DNA of 64,000 nucleotides from a virus (lineage: Duplodnaviria; Caudoviricetes). The stretch lies in IMG/VR virus record IMGVR_UViG_3300013383_000026, positions 21,954 through 85,953 of that record; one strand, 5' to 3'. Under the pieces are notes generated by a model that did no database searches, had not been told where the DNA came from, and saw only the letters and a program-made list of their open reading frames with translations. Each line of letters opens with the position of its first letter. Position 1 is the first letter of the stretch. Positions 1 through 8,568 of the stretch are shown piece by piece. The position numbers and the translations under genes were made by a program.

Positions 1-1068
1 AAATATGGTTATAGTAGACCGTTTTTTGATGATTTAGTTGCTATTAGTCTCATATCTGATGTATGTGATATAACAACATTAGAAAATCGAGCCTATCTGT
101 ATAGTGGGTTAAATAATGTTACCAACCCATTCTTACGATTATTGTTTGAAAAGAATGGTAAAAAATATGGCTATACACCTGAAGCTATAGCATGGGGTAT
201 TGCGCCGTTGGCTAATGCATTAGCAAGAGTTGATAATCAAGAGACTAAATTGTTGTTCTTTAAGGCTCTTGTAGGTGATATAGATGGCAATGAGGCACTA
301 ACAGATTTAAGGCGAATTAAACGTCAGCAAGATGAAGCGGTTAAATTAGCTACTAATATCATCGAGCCAAAATTAAATCTTGACCATAAGGTAATTATTG
401 GGTTTGGTGATGTAGAGGATAAAAATTATCTTGGCTTAATAGCTAATAAATTTGTTAGTAAATATAATAAGCCAACTATATTGCTTAGAGAGTCTAATAA
501 TACAACATGGTCTGGCTCGTTGCGTAGTCCAGTTGAATTAGCCGATAAAATCAATACATCTAAGTTTGCTAAAGCTATAGGGCATCAATCGGCTTGTGGC
601 ATAGTAGTTAAGAAATCACAGCTAAGGCGACTTGCTAATTGGCTTGATTCACTTGACTTAGATGTTCAGCCCGATATACCTGTTACGGCTATTGTTGATT
701 TTAACGATATATCTGTTGAGTTGTGTGAAATAATAGATTCTAATAGGCAATTATGGGGGCATGGCTTAGATTCGCCTACATTTTACATATCTACTATTGT
801 TACTCAAGACAATATGGCTGTGTTCAAAAAGAGTACAAATACCATTAGAATATCACTGGGAAATTTAACTTGTTTGAAGTTTTTTGCTAAAGATGAAGAT
901 ATATCCATGCTGACAAGTAAAAAAAAAATTAGGCTTGAAATGATAGTAAAAAACTGTAAGGTTAATGATTATAATAATGTTTTTACGCCCCAATGTGAAA
1001 TAGATAGGTATGAAATAAGTGACGTTGAAGATGGCAATGAATTAAGTTGGGAGGATTTGTTTAAGTAA
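1..1068 (+). CDS. recJ: RecJ-like DHH-family ssDNA exonuclease (5'-truncated by window edge)
   Basis: Frame is open from base 1 (DDLVAISLISDVCDITTLENR, cf. RecJ DLVALGTIADVVPL..ENR). DHHA1-domain motifs SGSLRS and GHQSACG. Confidence 0.8.
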   Translation, partial: KYGYSRPFFDDLVAISLISDVCDITTLENRAYLYSGLNNVTNPFLRLLFEKNGKKYGYTPEAIAWGIAPLANALARVDNQETKLLFFKALVGDIDGNEALTDLRRIKRQQDEAVKLATNIIEPKLNLDHKVIIGFGDVEDKNYLGLIANKFVSKYNKPTILLRESNNTTWSGSLRSPVELADKINTSKFAKAIGHQSACGIVVKKSQLRRLANWLDSLDLDVQPDIPVTAIVDFNDISVELCEIIDSNRQLWGHGLDSPTFYISTIVTQDNMAVFKKSTNTIRISLGNLTCLKFFAKDEDISMLTSKKKIRLEMIVKNCKVNDYNNVFTPQCEIDRYEISDVEDGNELSWEDLFK

Positions 1069-2156
1069 TGATTTATTTAGACCATGCGGCTACCTGTCCG
1101 ACAGTAAAATATTCTTGTTCTAATTATGGCTCATTTTTTAATCCTAATGCTAACTATGCTTATAAAGAAAAGCAGTTACTGCGAGAATGTGAAGATAGAG
1201 TAAGGACAGCTATTGGAGCTAAGAGCGGCAAGATTATTTTTGGTGGTACGACTAGCCAGCTGATTGAGAATTTGATGAATGCCGCAGTCAATGAAACTAA
1301 CTTTTATCACGTTGTGTGTTCTGTTTATGAGCATGATAGTTGTTTTAGATTTCATCAGAGCACTGTCAACAATGTTGAGTTTCTGGATAGGTTGCTTGAA
1401 TCTTATCAGAGTTTCCCCGAAGATTATGATAAAGTTTTTGTAATGTGGCAGGGAGTTAATAATATAACAGGTGAATTTTTTCCCGTCGCGGAGATTGGTA
1501 AGTCTTGCCGCAAACACGACGCTTTTTATATCTGCGACATGACTGCTATGATTGGACATACATCAATTCCTGATAATATCGATGATTGGTGTGATTGTGC
1601 TGTATGGAGTGGACACAAATTGGGAACGGAACTCGGCATCGGGGCTATGTGGATTTCTGATGAGCTTGATAAATGGTTCAATGGGTTTAAGCTCCACGGT
1701 ACGCCCAACCTTGCTGGGGCTTTGGCTGTGGTTCAGGCTGTTGAGGAAGCTTGTGATAAAGATAGATTAATTAGCTATGAAAATAAATGGTCTGATTTGG
1801 TTAATGAGCTTGACAGCAGTTTAGACAAAATAAATATCAAGCATAATTTTATTCCGGTTGTGGGAGTAGAGGAAGCTGGCAAACCTTTTGCTTTAGCAAT
1901 CAATGCTATTCATTTACCCGGAATTAACGCCGATTCTCTTCAACAGTATCTTGCTTCTAAACAAATTTATGTCGGAGCAGGGCATAGTTCTTGTGCAGAT
2001 AGCGCAGATTATATGACGCTAATGAGTGGTTATGGTCTAACCAAACAAGAATCTAGTGAAGTTATCAGAGTTTCATTTGGCAAGGATAGTAGTGTTGAAG
2101 ATGTTGTTACACTAGTTGAGGAAATCAAAAATTTTAAGGAGACATATATAGATTGA
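1068..2156 (+). CDS. iscS: IscS/NifS-like PLP-dependent cysteine desulfurase
   Basis: MIYLDHAAT start, SGHKLG PLP-lysine motif, HGTPN, candidate active-site Cys loop VGAGHSSC, C-terminal IRVSFG. Confidence 0.8.
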   Translation: MIYLDHAATCPTVKYSCSNYGSFFNPNANYAYKEKQLLRECEDRVRTAIGAKSGKIIFGGTTSQLIENLMNAAVNETNFYHVVCSVYEHDSCFRFHQSTVNNVEFLDRLLESYQSFPEDYDKVFVMWQGVNNITGEFFPVAEIGKSCRKHDAFYICDMTAMIGHTSIPDNIDDWCDCAVWSGHKLGTELGIGAMWISDELDKWFNGFKLHGTPNLAGALAVVQAVEEACDKDRLISYENKWSDLVNELDSSLDKINIKHNFIPVVGVEEAGKPFALAINAIHLPGINADSLQQYLASKQIYVGAGHSSCADSADYMTLMSGYGLTKQESSEVIRVSFGKDSSVEDVVTLVEEIKNFKETYID

Positions 2157-2395
2157 GCAGAGCAAGAAATTGGCTGAAGAAAGTCAAGAAAACTGATAAA
2201 CTTGGCAAATCACTGGCTCTAAAATGCCGTTATTGTGGTATGCTTATTGGTAAAGAAATATATGATATGGATGAGCCGTGGGGATATACTTGTAAAATTT
2301 GTGGCAAGCAACCTTATATTGAACTGAAAGAACTAATAGATAAGAATAGGAATTTTAAGCTTAATGAGGTAAATGATGATGCGTGGATATCATAA
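2153..2395 (+). CDS. small zinc-ribbon protein
   Basis: CRYC...CKIC pairs; overlaps both neighbours in operon fashion. Confidence 0.55.
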   Translation: MSRARNWLKKVKKTDKLGKSLALKCRYCGMLIGKEIYDMDEPWGYTCKICGKQPYIELKELIDKNRNFKLNEVNDDAWIS

Positions 2396-3023
2396 AATAG
2401 AAACAGTATTTAATCGTTCTACTGATGGCGATAAGAGACTCGTTTGGGGCGATTATAGAAATGAAGCTGTTGAGTATCTTGCTGATAATATTTGGCAGTT
2501 CACAGAAAAGATAGATGGAACAAATATTAGAATACATTGGGATGGACATGATGTAAAAATAGGCGGCAGAACTGATAGAGCACAGATTCCCAATCATCTC
2601 ATGGATTATCTGAGCGCAACATTTCTTACACCTGAAGTTGAAGGACTGTTTGAACAGACTTATGGTGAGAAAGATGTAATTCTGTTTGGTGAAGGCTATG
2701 GCGCTAAGATACAAGGCTGTGGCGGTGATTATCGTTCTGATGTATCGTTTATCCTGTTTGATGTATTGATTGGCGATAATTGGCAGTCTCGTGAATGGGT
2801 CGAAGCTACGGCTAAAATGTTCGATGTTGATGTCGTTCCTATTGTTCTGGAAGGTACTATTGGTGATGGGATAGATTATGTAATGCACCATAATAACTCT
2901 ACTATTGGCAATGCAATAATGGAAGGCGTTGTTGGTAGACCTAAAGTTGAAATGAAAGACCGACTCGGCAATAGAATAATCGTTAAAATTAAATGGAAAG
3001 ATTTTAAGAATTTCGTAGAATAA
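2373..3023 (+). CDS. ATP-dependent RNA ligase-like nucleotidyltransferase (Rnl2-type)
   Basis: Motif I FTEKIDGTNIRI, motif III LFGEGYG, IIIa FILFDV, IV EGVVGRP, V IVKIK. Confidence 0.75.
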   Translation: MMMRGYHKIETVFNRSTDGDKRLVWGDYRNEAVEYLADNIWQFTEKIDGTNIRIHWDGHDVKIGGRTDRAQIPNHLMDYLSATFLTPEVEGLFEQTYGEKDVILFGEGYGAKIQGCGGDYRSDVSFILFDVLIGDNWQSREWVEATAKMFDVDVVPIVLEGTIGDGIDYVMHHNNSTIGNAIMEGVVGRPKVEMKDRLGNRIIVKIKWKDFKNFVE

Positions 3024-3026
3024 TAC

Positions 3027-3055
3027 TTGACAACCTCCTTGATTTGTGATATATT
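3027..3055 (+). promoter_or_regulatory. sigma-A/70-type promoter
   Basis: TTGACA-17 nt-TATATT with extended TG; AAGGAGG at 3071-3077 before ATG 3085. Confidence 0.7.
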
Positions 3056-3084
3056 ATGGTTACATAAATCAAGGAGGTTATTCA

Positions 3085-3249
3085 ATGAACATCAAAAAAT
3101 CTGATAAGCTCAAGAAATGCGCAATAGAGATAATAAAATATTGTAATAAAACCAAGAATTGTCACGAATGTTGTCTTTGTGTTGATGGATTTTGTCCATT
3201 TAATTCCGCTCCAAGTGGATGGGATTTTGAATATGAGGAGGACGAGTAA
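3085..3249 (+). CDS. small Cys-rich hypothetical protein
   Basis: Start moved to ATG 3085 (strong RBS); CHECCLC...CPF motif. Confidence 0.55.
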   Translation: MNIKKSDKLKKCAIEIIKYCNKTKNCHECCLCVDGFCPFNSAPSGWDFEYEEDE

Positions 3250-3515
3250 TGAATAATGGCAACGTGATAACAAGCTTAAATACTCTTGAATGCGACATAT
3301 GGAAGAGGTATAATTGCATTTGTTCTTTTATAGAAACTTCGCCCAATTCTAACAAATTTGAAATTCGTTGCCAATTCAAAGACGCAATTAATTCGTCTTG
3401 GACATTTACTTATGTATTTAATATATACGATTTAATAACCAATTACAACTCTGTTTTAGGCAAGATTATAATTGAGCTTGAAGAAGAATGGATGAATAGG
3501 ATATATAGAATATGA
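3249..3515 (+). CDS. hypothetical protein
   Basis: TAATG coupling with upstream gene; no recognisable motif. Confidence 0.5.
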   Translation: MNNGNVITSLNTLECDIWKRYNCICSFIETSPNSNKFEIRCQFKDAINSSWTFTYVFNIYDLITNYNSVLGKIIIELEEEWMNRIYRI

Positions 3516-3712
3516 ATAAGATATATAAATTGGCAGACGATTATATTGGTACGCTCGATAAGATATGTCATAACCTTGAACTCGCATGGAAAGAGCATTG
3601 CCGAAAATTGCTTTATGCCGAAGAAATCTTGACAAATTCACACATATCTGATATAATCTCTTATAGAAAAGGGGTGGATTGGAATTGGCTAAATCTGGTT
3701 GGGTTGAAATAA
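3512..3712 (+). CDS. hypothetical protein
   Basis: ATGA coupling with upstream gene; no motif. Confidence 0.45.
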   Translation: MNKIYKLADDYIGTLDKICHNLELAWKEHCRKLLYAEEILTNSHISDIISYRKGVDWNWLNLVGLK

Positions 3713-5370
3713 AAAAGAAATATAAGATATATTCGACAAGAAAATATAATTCTATTAAAAGAATATATTCCAGCCCAGCCGAATTTGAAGCCAAGGTAAG
3801 AGCCGAGCCTTATCATATGATACATGAATATCTTGATAAGCCATTCAAAAACGCCGACACTCTTATTCTTGAGTTATTCCCCGGCTTACACGTATCGCTT
3901 GAAAGATGCAAATGGTGCTGTTTATATCTACTTAAACAAAATGAAGCCAAAGGACATACCAAATTAAGTGCAAGTATATTATTTAATCAAATAAACCAAA
4001 ACTATCCCGAGCTTATTGATTATGTATATGAAGCTGTTACGACTTGGGATAGAATATATTATGATAAATCGTCTAAGGCTACAAGTATAGCGAGCACATA
4101 TTGCAATGAGTCACTTGTTGCCGAAGAGATAAAAAAGCGAACAAACAATCCGCTTATTGATAACATGGATTGGCAAAAATATCGTAATATAGATGATATT
4201 GAACTTACCGATGAGCAGATGAGTTTGCTTGGGGCTGTTTGTAATAATAGTATTGTTATGCTGAATGGCAGCGCCGGATGTGGCAAGACTTCCGCTACAA
4301 AAGCATTAACACAAATGCTGTATGATAATGGTAAATCATTTACCCTATTAGCTCCAACTGGTATAGCTGCAAAACGGCTTAGGCAAGCAACAGGCAAAGA
4401 TGCTTCTACTATTCATCGATTTTTAGCAAGTGGGCAATCTATGGGCGAATATCTTATAATAGACGAAGGGTCGATGCTGGGCATAAATCTATTAGGGCTA
4501 TTATTTACTAATCTATCCAAAAAGACTAAAATAATTCTTATTTGTGATGAAGCTCAGTTAGCATCAATATCTTGTGGCAACATAGTAAAAGATATAATAG
4601 ATAGTGGCATAGTCCCAATAGTTAATCTGACTCATGTATTTCGATATGGTACAAGCGGACTTACAACTATAGCTACTGATGTTCGCACAGGTAAAGAAAT
4701 ATCGCCCGATACAAATTTTGATGATTATTCATTTATTCAAATAGATAAAAAGCCGATAAATGATATATTAAATGTATATGCCGAATTACTTGAAACATAT
4801 AAACGAGACGATATATTGATATTATCTCCGTTTAATGTTAGAGAAGCCGGTACATACGTTATAAATAAAGCCATTCAAGATAAATATAATTCTAATCCAA
4901 CGTTAACATCGTATAATAGACAGTCTGTTGAAATAGACTTCAAAGCCGATGATATAATAGTTAATACAGAAAATAACTATCACATGATGGGCGAAAATTT
5001 CTCTGATATACCTGTTATGAATGGGGACATTGGCAGAGTATTGGATTATTATGAATCGAGTGGGCTGCTTGAGGCTCAGTTTGAAAGCGGCATAGCTTAT
5101 CTTGAAAAGGGCGATATATATAAGCAACTATTAGGCTATTGTTTAACCGTACATAAAGTACAAGGCATGCAAGCCAAAGCCGTAATTGTTGTTATTGATA
5201 AAAGTCATGGTTTCTTTTTGACACGAAATTTGTGTTATGTGGCTATGAGCCGTGCGCAAGAAAAATTGGTAGTAATCGGCGATATAGATACCATAAATGA
5301 ATCACTAAAAATTCAAGAAGAAAAACGCCGCAATACTTGGCTAAAGGAGTTGTTAGTAAATGGCAATTAA
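3679..5370 (+). CDS. recD: RecD2-like superfamily 1B helicase
   Basis: Walker A GSAGCGKTS, IIDEGSM, DEAQLASISCG, YCLTVHKVQG, YVAMSRAQEKL. Confidence 0.85.
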   Translation: MELAKSGWVEIKKKYKIYSTRKYNSIKRIYSSPAEFEAKVRAEPYHMIHEYLDKPFKNADTLILELFPGLHVSLERCKWCCLYLLKQNEAKGHTKLSASILFNQINQNYPELIDYVYEAVTTWDRIYYDKSSKATSIASTYCNESLVAEEIKKRTNNPLIDNMDWQKYRNIDDIELTDEQMSLLGAVCNNSIVMLNGSAGCGKTSATKALTQMLYDNGKSFTLLAPTGIAAKRLRQATGKDASTIHRFLASGQSMGEYLIIDEGSMLGINLLGLLFTNLSKKTKIILICDEAQLASISCGNIVKDIIDSGIVPIVNLTHVFRYGTSGLTTIATDVRTGKEISPDTNFDDYSFIQIDKKPINDILNVYAELLETYKRDDILILSPFNVREAGTYVINKAIQDKYNSNPTLTSYNRQSVEIDFKADDIIVNTENNYHMMGENFSDIPVMNGDIGRVLDYYESSGLLEAQFESGIAYLEKGDIYKQLLGYCLTVHKVQGMQAKAVIVVIDKSHGFFLTRNLCYVAMSRAQEKLVVIGDIDTINESLKIQEEKRRNTWLKELLVNGN

Positions 5371-5539
5371 AGTTGATACTATCGGTCAACTTATATCTGT
5401 TTTATCAAAATATAACCCTAACACGCCTATTCGCGTCCGTAGAGGTAATAAATTAGTTGATATTAGTGACATTATATCTGTCATTGATATAGATAATAGT
5501 AAAAACTCAAGTATATGTATATGGATTAAGGAGGATTGA
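5360..5539 (+). CDS. hypothetical protein (59 aa, absent from ORF track)
   Basis: Hand translation MAIKVDTIGQLISVLSKYNPNTPIRV...IWIKED*; fills the gap between recD and the glutaredoxin. Confidence 0.6.
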   Translation: MAIKVDTIGQLISVLSKYNPNTPIRVRRGNKLVDISDIISVIDIDNSKNSSICIWIKED

Positions 5540-5543
5540 TTAT

Positions 5544-5741
5544 TTGATTGTATTGTATTCAACTCATTGTCCTAAGTGTAAGGTGCTCGAAATGAAACTC
5601 AAGCAGAAAAATCTATTTTATACAGAAATAGATGATGTAGATACTATGCTTAATAAGGGCATCAAGACTGCGCCTTATCTTGAAGTTGATGACAAACTTA
5701 TGGATTTTAATACAGCAGTGAAGTGGGTGAATAATCAGTAA
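5544..5741 (+). CDS. NrdH/glutaredoxin-like redoxin
   Basis: CPKC redox motif, TAPYLEV; immediately upstream of nrdD. Confidence 0.75.
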   Translation: MIVLYSTHCPKCKVLEMKLKQKNLFYTEIDDVDTMLNKGIKTAPYLEVDDKLMDFNTAVKWVNNQ

Positions 5742-5744
5742 TAT

Positions 5745-7667
5745 ATGGATATAACACTAAAGCTTACTAAGGATTTTGAACGTTGTCTTGATGACCTGAA
5801 GAAAAAGTATGGTGAGGAGTTTGAATATATTAATGGTATTCATCCCAGCCAGCTTGATTTTAGTGAATTTCTCGATAAATTTGTCGATAAAGACACTATG
5901 GCCGATGCAACCATAGACCCTAACGCCAATGCAAGACATAAAGACATTCGTTCATTTATGACCGAAAAGGGCAAGAGTGAAGATAAGCTCTTTGGGCTTA
6001 ATAAAATATTCCTTGAGATTAAAAAGCGTTGGGGGCTGAGAACGGCTAAACAGTGGCTTGAACAAGAGTTTAGTAAGGGTTTTTATTTGAATGATTCGGC
6101 TACGGCTAGTTATTTTCCTTATTGCTGGGCTAATGATTTTACTCGACTGGCTACCGAAGGTCTGTTCTTTATCGAGGGTTATAATAATCAGCCTCCTAAA
6201 CATCTTACGACATACTTTGACGATGTAATAGAGTTTGTATCTTTCCTCTCGAATCGGCAGTCAGGCGCGGTCGGTATGCCTAATGTTCTTATTTGGGCAT
6301 ATTATTTTTGGAAGAATGATGTAGCTAATGGATATTATCTAAAAGACCCCGACACATATCTTAGACAGAATTTCCAGAAACTTGTATATCGTCTCAATCA
6401 GCCGTTTCTTAGAATAGACCAGTGCGCCTTTACAAATGTAAGCATATTTGACCGACCTTATCTCGAATCTCTATTTGGCGGCGTTGTATTTCCCGATGGC
6501 TCATGCGCTATTGACCAGATAGAAGAACTGATAAAGTGTCAGCAGACATTTATGGAGGTAGTAAGTGAAATTCGAGACGAACAAATGTTCACTTTTCCGG
6601 TTTTGACCTACTCTCTGCTTTATCAGGACGGAAAGTTTATTGACGAGCCGTTTGCAAAATGGTGCTCAACTCATAATATTAAATGGTCTGATAGTAACTT
6701 TTTTGTAAGTGATAATGTGGGTGTATTGAGTAACTGTTGTAGACTGTTGTCTGATACTAAGAAGCTCGATGCGTTTATCAATAGTATCGGTGGCACGGCT
6801 CTTTCAGTTGGTTCTTGCCGAGTAAGCACAATAAATCTTGTTCGCATAGCTTATGAGAGTGAGTTTGATAAAAAGAAATACCTCAAAATACTTAAAGATA
6901 GAGTGCTGCTTGATTGTAAGGCGCTCACATCTATGCGACATATTATTGAGCGAAATATAGAAAAGGGACTGCTTCCCAACTATCAGGACGGCGCTGTCGA
7001 GCTTGACAAGCAGTTTTGTACTATCGGTGGCATCGGTATGTATGAAGTAATGGATTTATTTAGTTTTATTTATACAGATGAGTTTGGAAATAAGTCTTAT
7101 TCGGATGAAGCCGTTGATTTCGCTACGCAGATACTTGATACAATCAATACTGTTAAAGATAATTTCGAGTGCGATTTCAGCTTTAATGTAGAGATGATCC
7201 CCGCAGAGAATTGTGCCGGTGTTATTTGTACTGCTGATAATCTGCTATTTGAACAGGATAAATATTTTATTTATTCTAATCAGTGGGTTCCACTTACTGA
7301 GAAATGCACAATTCAGGAAAAATGCCGTCTTGGGCATCTGTTTGATGCTAAATGTGGTGGTGGCTGTATAGCTCACATCGACATTGAGAATAGGTTCCCC
7401 AATGAAGAAATGGCGTGGAATATGCTTAATTATGTTGCATCTCAAGGCGTTATTTATTTTGCTTTTACAACTAAGATAAATGTATGTGAAGATAAACATG
7501 CTTTTATTGGCGCACAGAATTGTCCTCAGTGTGGTAAGCCTGTGAATGACTATTACTCACGCGTAGTCGGCTTTTATACCCCAGTTTCAGGTTATCAGGC
7601 AATTCGTAAGAAAGAATTTAATAAGCGCCAGTGGTATAACGTACTTGACAAAGATGGTATCATGTGA
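5745..7667 (+). CDS. nrdD: anaerobic (class III) ribonucleoside-triphosphate reductase
   Basis: C-terminal CEDKH...CPQC metal site and glycyl-radical loop SRVVGFYTP; SNCCRL; adjacent activase. Confidence 0.9.
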   Translation: MDITLKLTKDFERCLDDLKKKYGEEFEYINGIHPSQLDFSEFLDKFVDKDTMADATIDPNANARHKDIRSFMTEKGKSEDKLFGLNKIFLEIKKRWGLRTAKQWLEQEFSKGFYLNDSATASYFPYCWANDFTRLATEGLFFIEGYNNQPPKHLTTYFDDVIEFVSFLSNRQSGAVGMPNVLIWAYYFWKNDVANGYYLKDPDTYLRQNFQKLVYRLNQPFLRIDQCAFTNVSIFDRPYLESLFGGVVFPDGSCAIDQIEELIKCQQTFMEVVSEIRDEQMFTFPVLTYSLLYQDGKFIDEPFAKWCSTHNIKWSDSNFFVSDNVGVLSNCCRLLSDTKKLDAFINSIGGTALSVGSCRVSTINLVRIAYESEFDKKKYLKILKDRVLLDCKALTSMRHIIERNIEKGLLPNYQDGAVELDKQFCTIGGIGMYEVMDLFSFIYTDEFGNKSYSDEAVDFATQILDTINTVKDNFECDFSFNVEMIPAENCAGVICTADNLLFEQDKYFIYSNQWVPLTEKCTIQEKCRLGHLFDAKCGGGCIAHIDIENRFPNEEMAWNMLNYVASQGVIYFAFTTKINVCEDKHAFIGAQNCPQCGKPVNDYYSRVVGFYTPVSGYQAIRKKEFNKRQWYNVLDKDGIM

Positions 7668-8151
7668 TAAAATAAGGTTAAAGGATATAGTGATGGAGGA
7701 CTTTGTTAACTACAAAGTCCCCTCTATGTTCCTTATAACGTCAATATGTGATTGGAAATGTTGTAAAGAAGCTAATATAGATATATCTATATGTCAAAAT
7801 CAATCGTTGGTTAAACAACCAACTAAGACATATTCATATGAATCTATATATCAAGCTTATATAAATAATCCAATCACAAAAGCAATAGTAATAGGTGGCT
7901 TAGAACCATTCGACCAATTTGAAGAAATATTTCAACTAATTCTTTATTTTAGAGCTAAAGGCTGCGACGATATGTTTGTTATATATACTGGGTATGATAA
8001 GCACGAATTATCTGAGCTATATATGCTAAGGATGCCGAAAAATATTACTGTCAAATTTGGCCGATTTAAGCCGAATAATAAACCGCATTTTAATTCTGTA
8101 TTAGGCGTTAATCTAATAAGTGATAACCAATATGCAGAGGTGATAAGTTGA
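7645..8151 (+). CDS. nrdG: NrdG-like radical-SAM activating protein
   Basis: Cys cluster CDWKCC...CQN, IGGLEPF, IYTGY, KFGRF, SDNQ; follows nrdD. Confidence 0.8.
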   Translation: MTKMVSCDKIRLKDIVMEDFVNYKVPSMFLITSICDWKCCKEANIDISICQNQSLVKQPTKTYSYESIYQAYINNPITKAIVIGGLEPFDQFEEIFQLILYFRAKGCDDMFVIYTGYDKHELSELYMLRMPKNITVKFGRFKPNNKPHFNSVLGVNLISDNQYAEVIS

Positions 8152-8333
8152 GAATAGAAGTAACAAGCGACGAAAATAAAAAGCAAGAAATAAGGGCAGC
8201 ATTAAAGGCTAATGACAATTATTGCCCATGCAGACTTAAGCATATACCAGAAAATAAATGTATGTGCAAAGAGTTTAGAGAGCAAAAATCTGGATGGTGT
8301 CATTGCGGACTTTATTGCAAATATAAGGAGTGA
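8148..8333 (+). CDS. ferredoxin:thioredoxin reductase catalytic-subunit-like protein
   Basis: YCPC...CMC...CHCGLY, the FTR 4Fe-4S motif pattern. Confidence 0.75.
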   Translation: MRIEVTSDENKKQEIRAALKANDNYCPCRLKHIPENKCMCKEFREQKSGWCHCGLYCKYKE

Positions 8334-8337
8334 TATA

Positions 8338-8562
8338 TTGATAAGAATATTTGAAGGTGAACTTGGTCGAGAAAAGCATCTTATGGATATTGATGAGAAT
8401 GAATTCAAAGTATATCCAAATAAAGGTGAACTTATAGCCCTTGAAAGTAATGAAGAAAATGACGATTATACAGTATGGGAAGTAATTAATATGCTTCATG
8501 ACTATACTATTAACGAAATGAATATATTTGTTAAAAGATATATTTGGCCAGATGAGAGGTAG
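8338..8562 (+). CDS. hypothetical protein
   Basis: TTG start after AAGGAG; same frame as track ORF 8212..8562. Confidence 0.5.
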   Translation: MIRIFEGELGREKHLMDIDENEFKVYPNKGELIALESNEENDDYTVWEVINMLHDYTINEMNIFVKRYIWPDER

Positions 8563-8568
8563 AATTTA

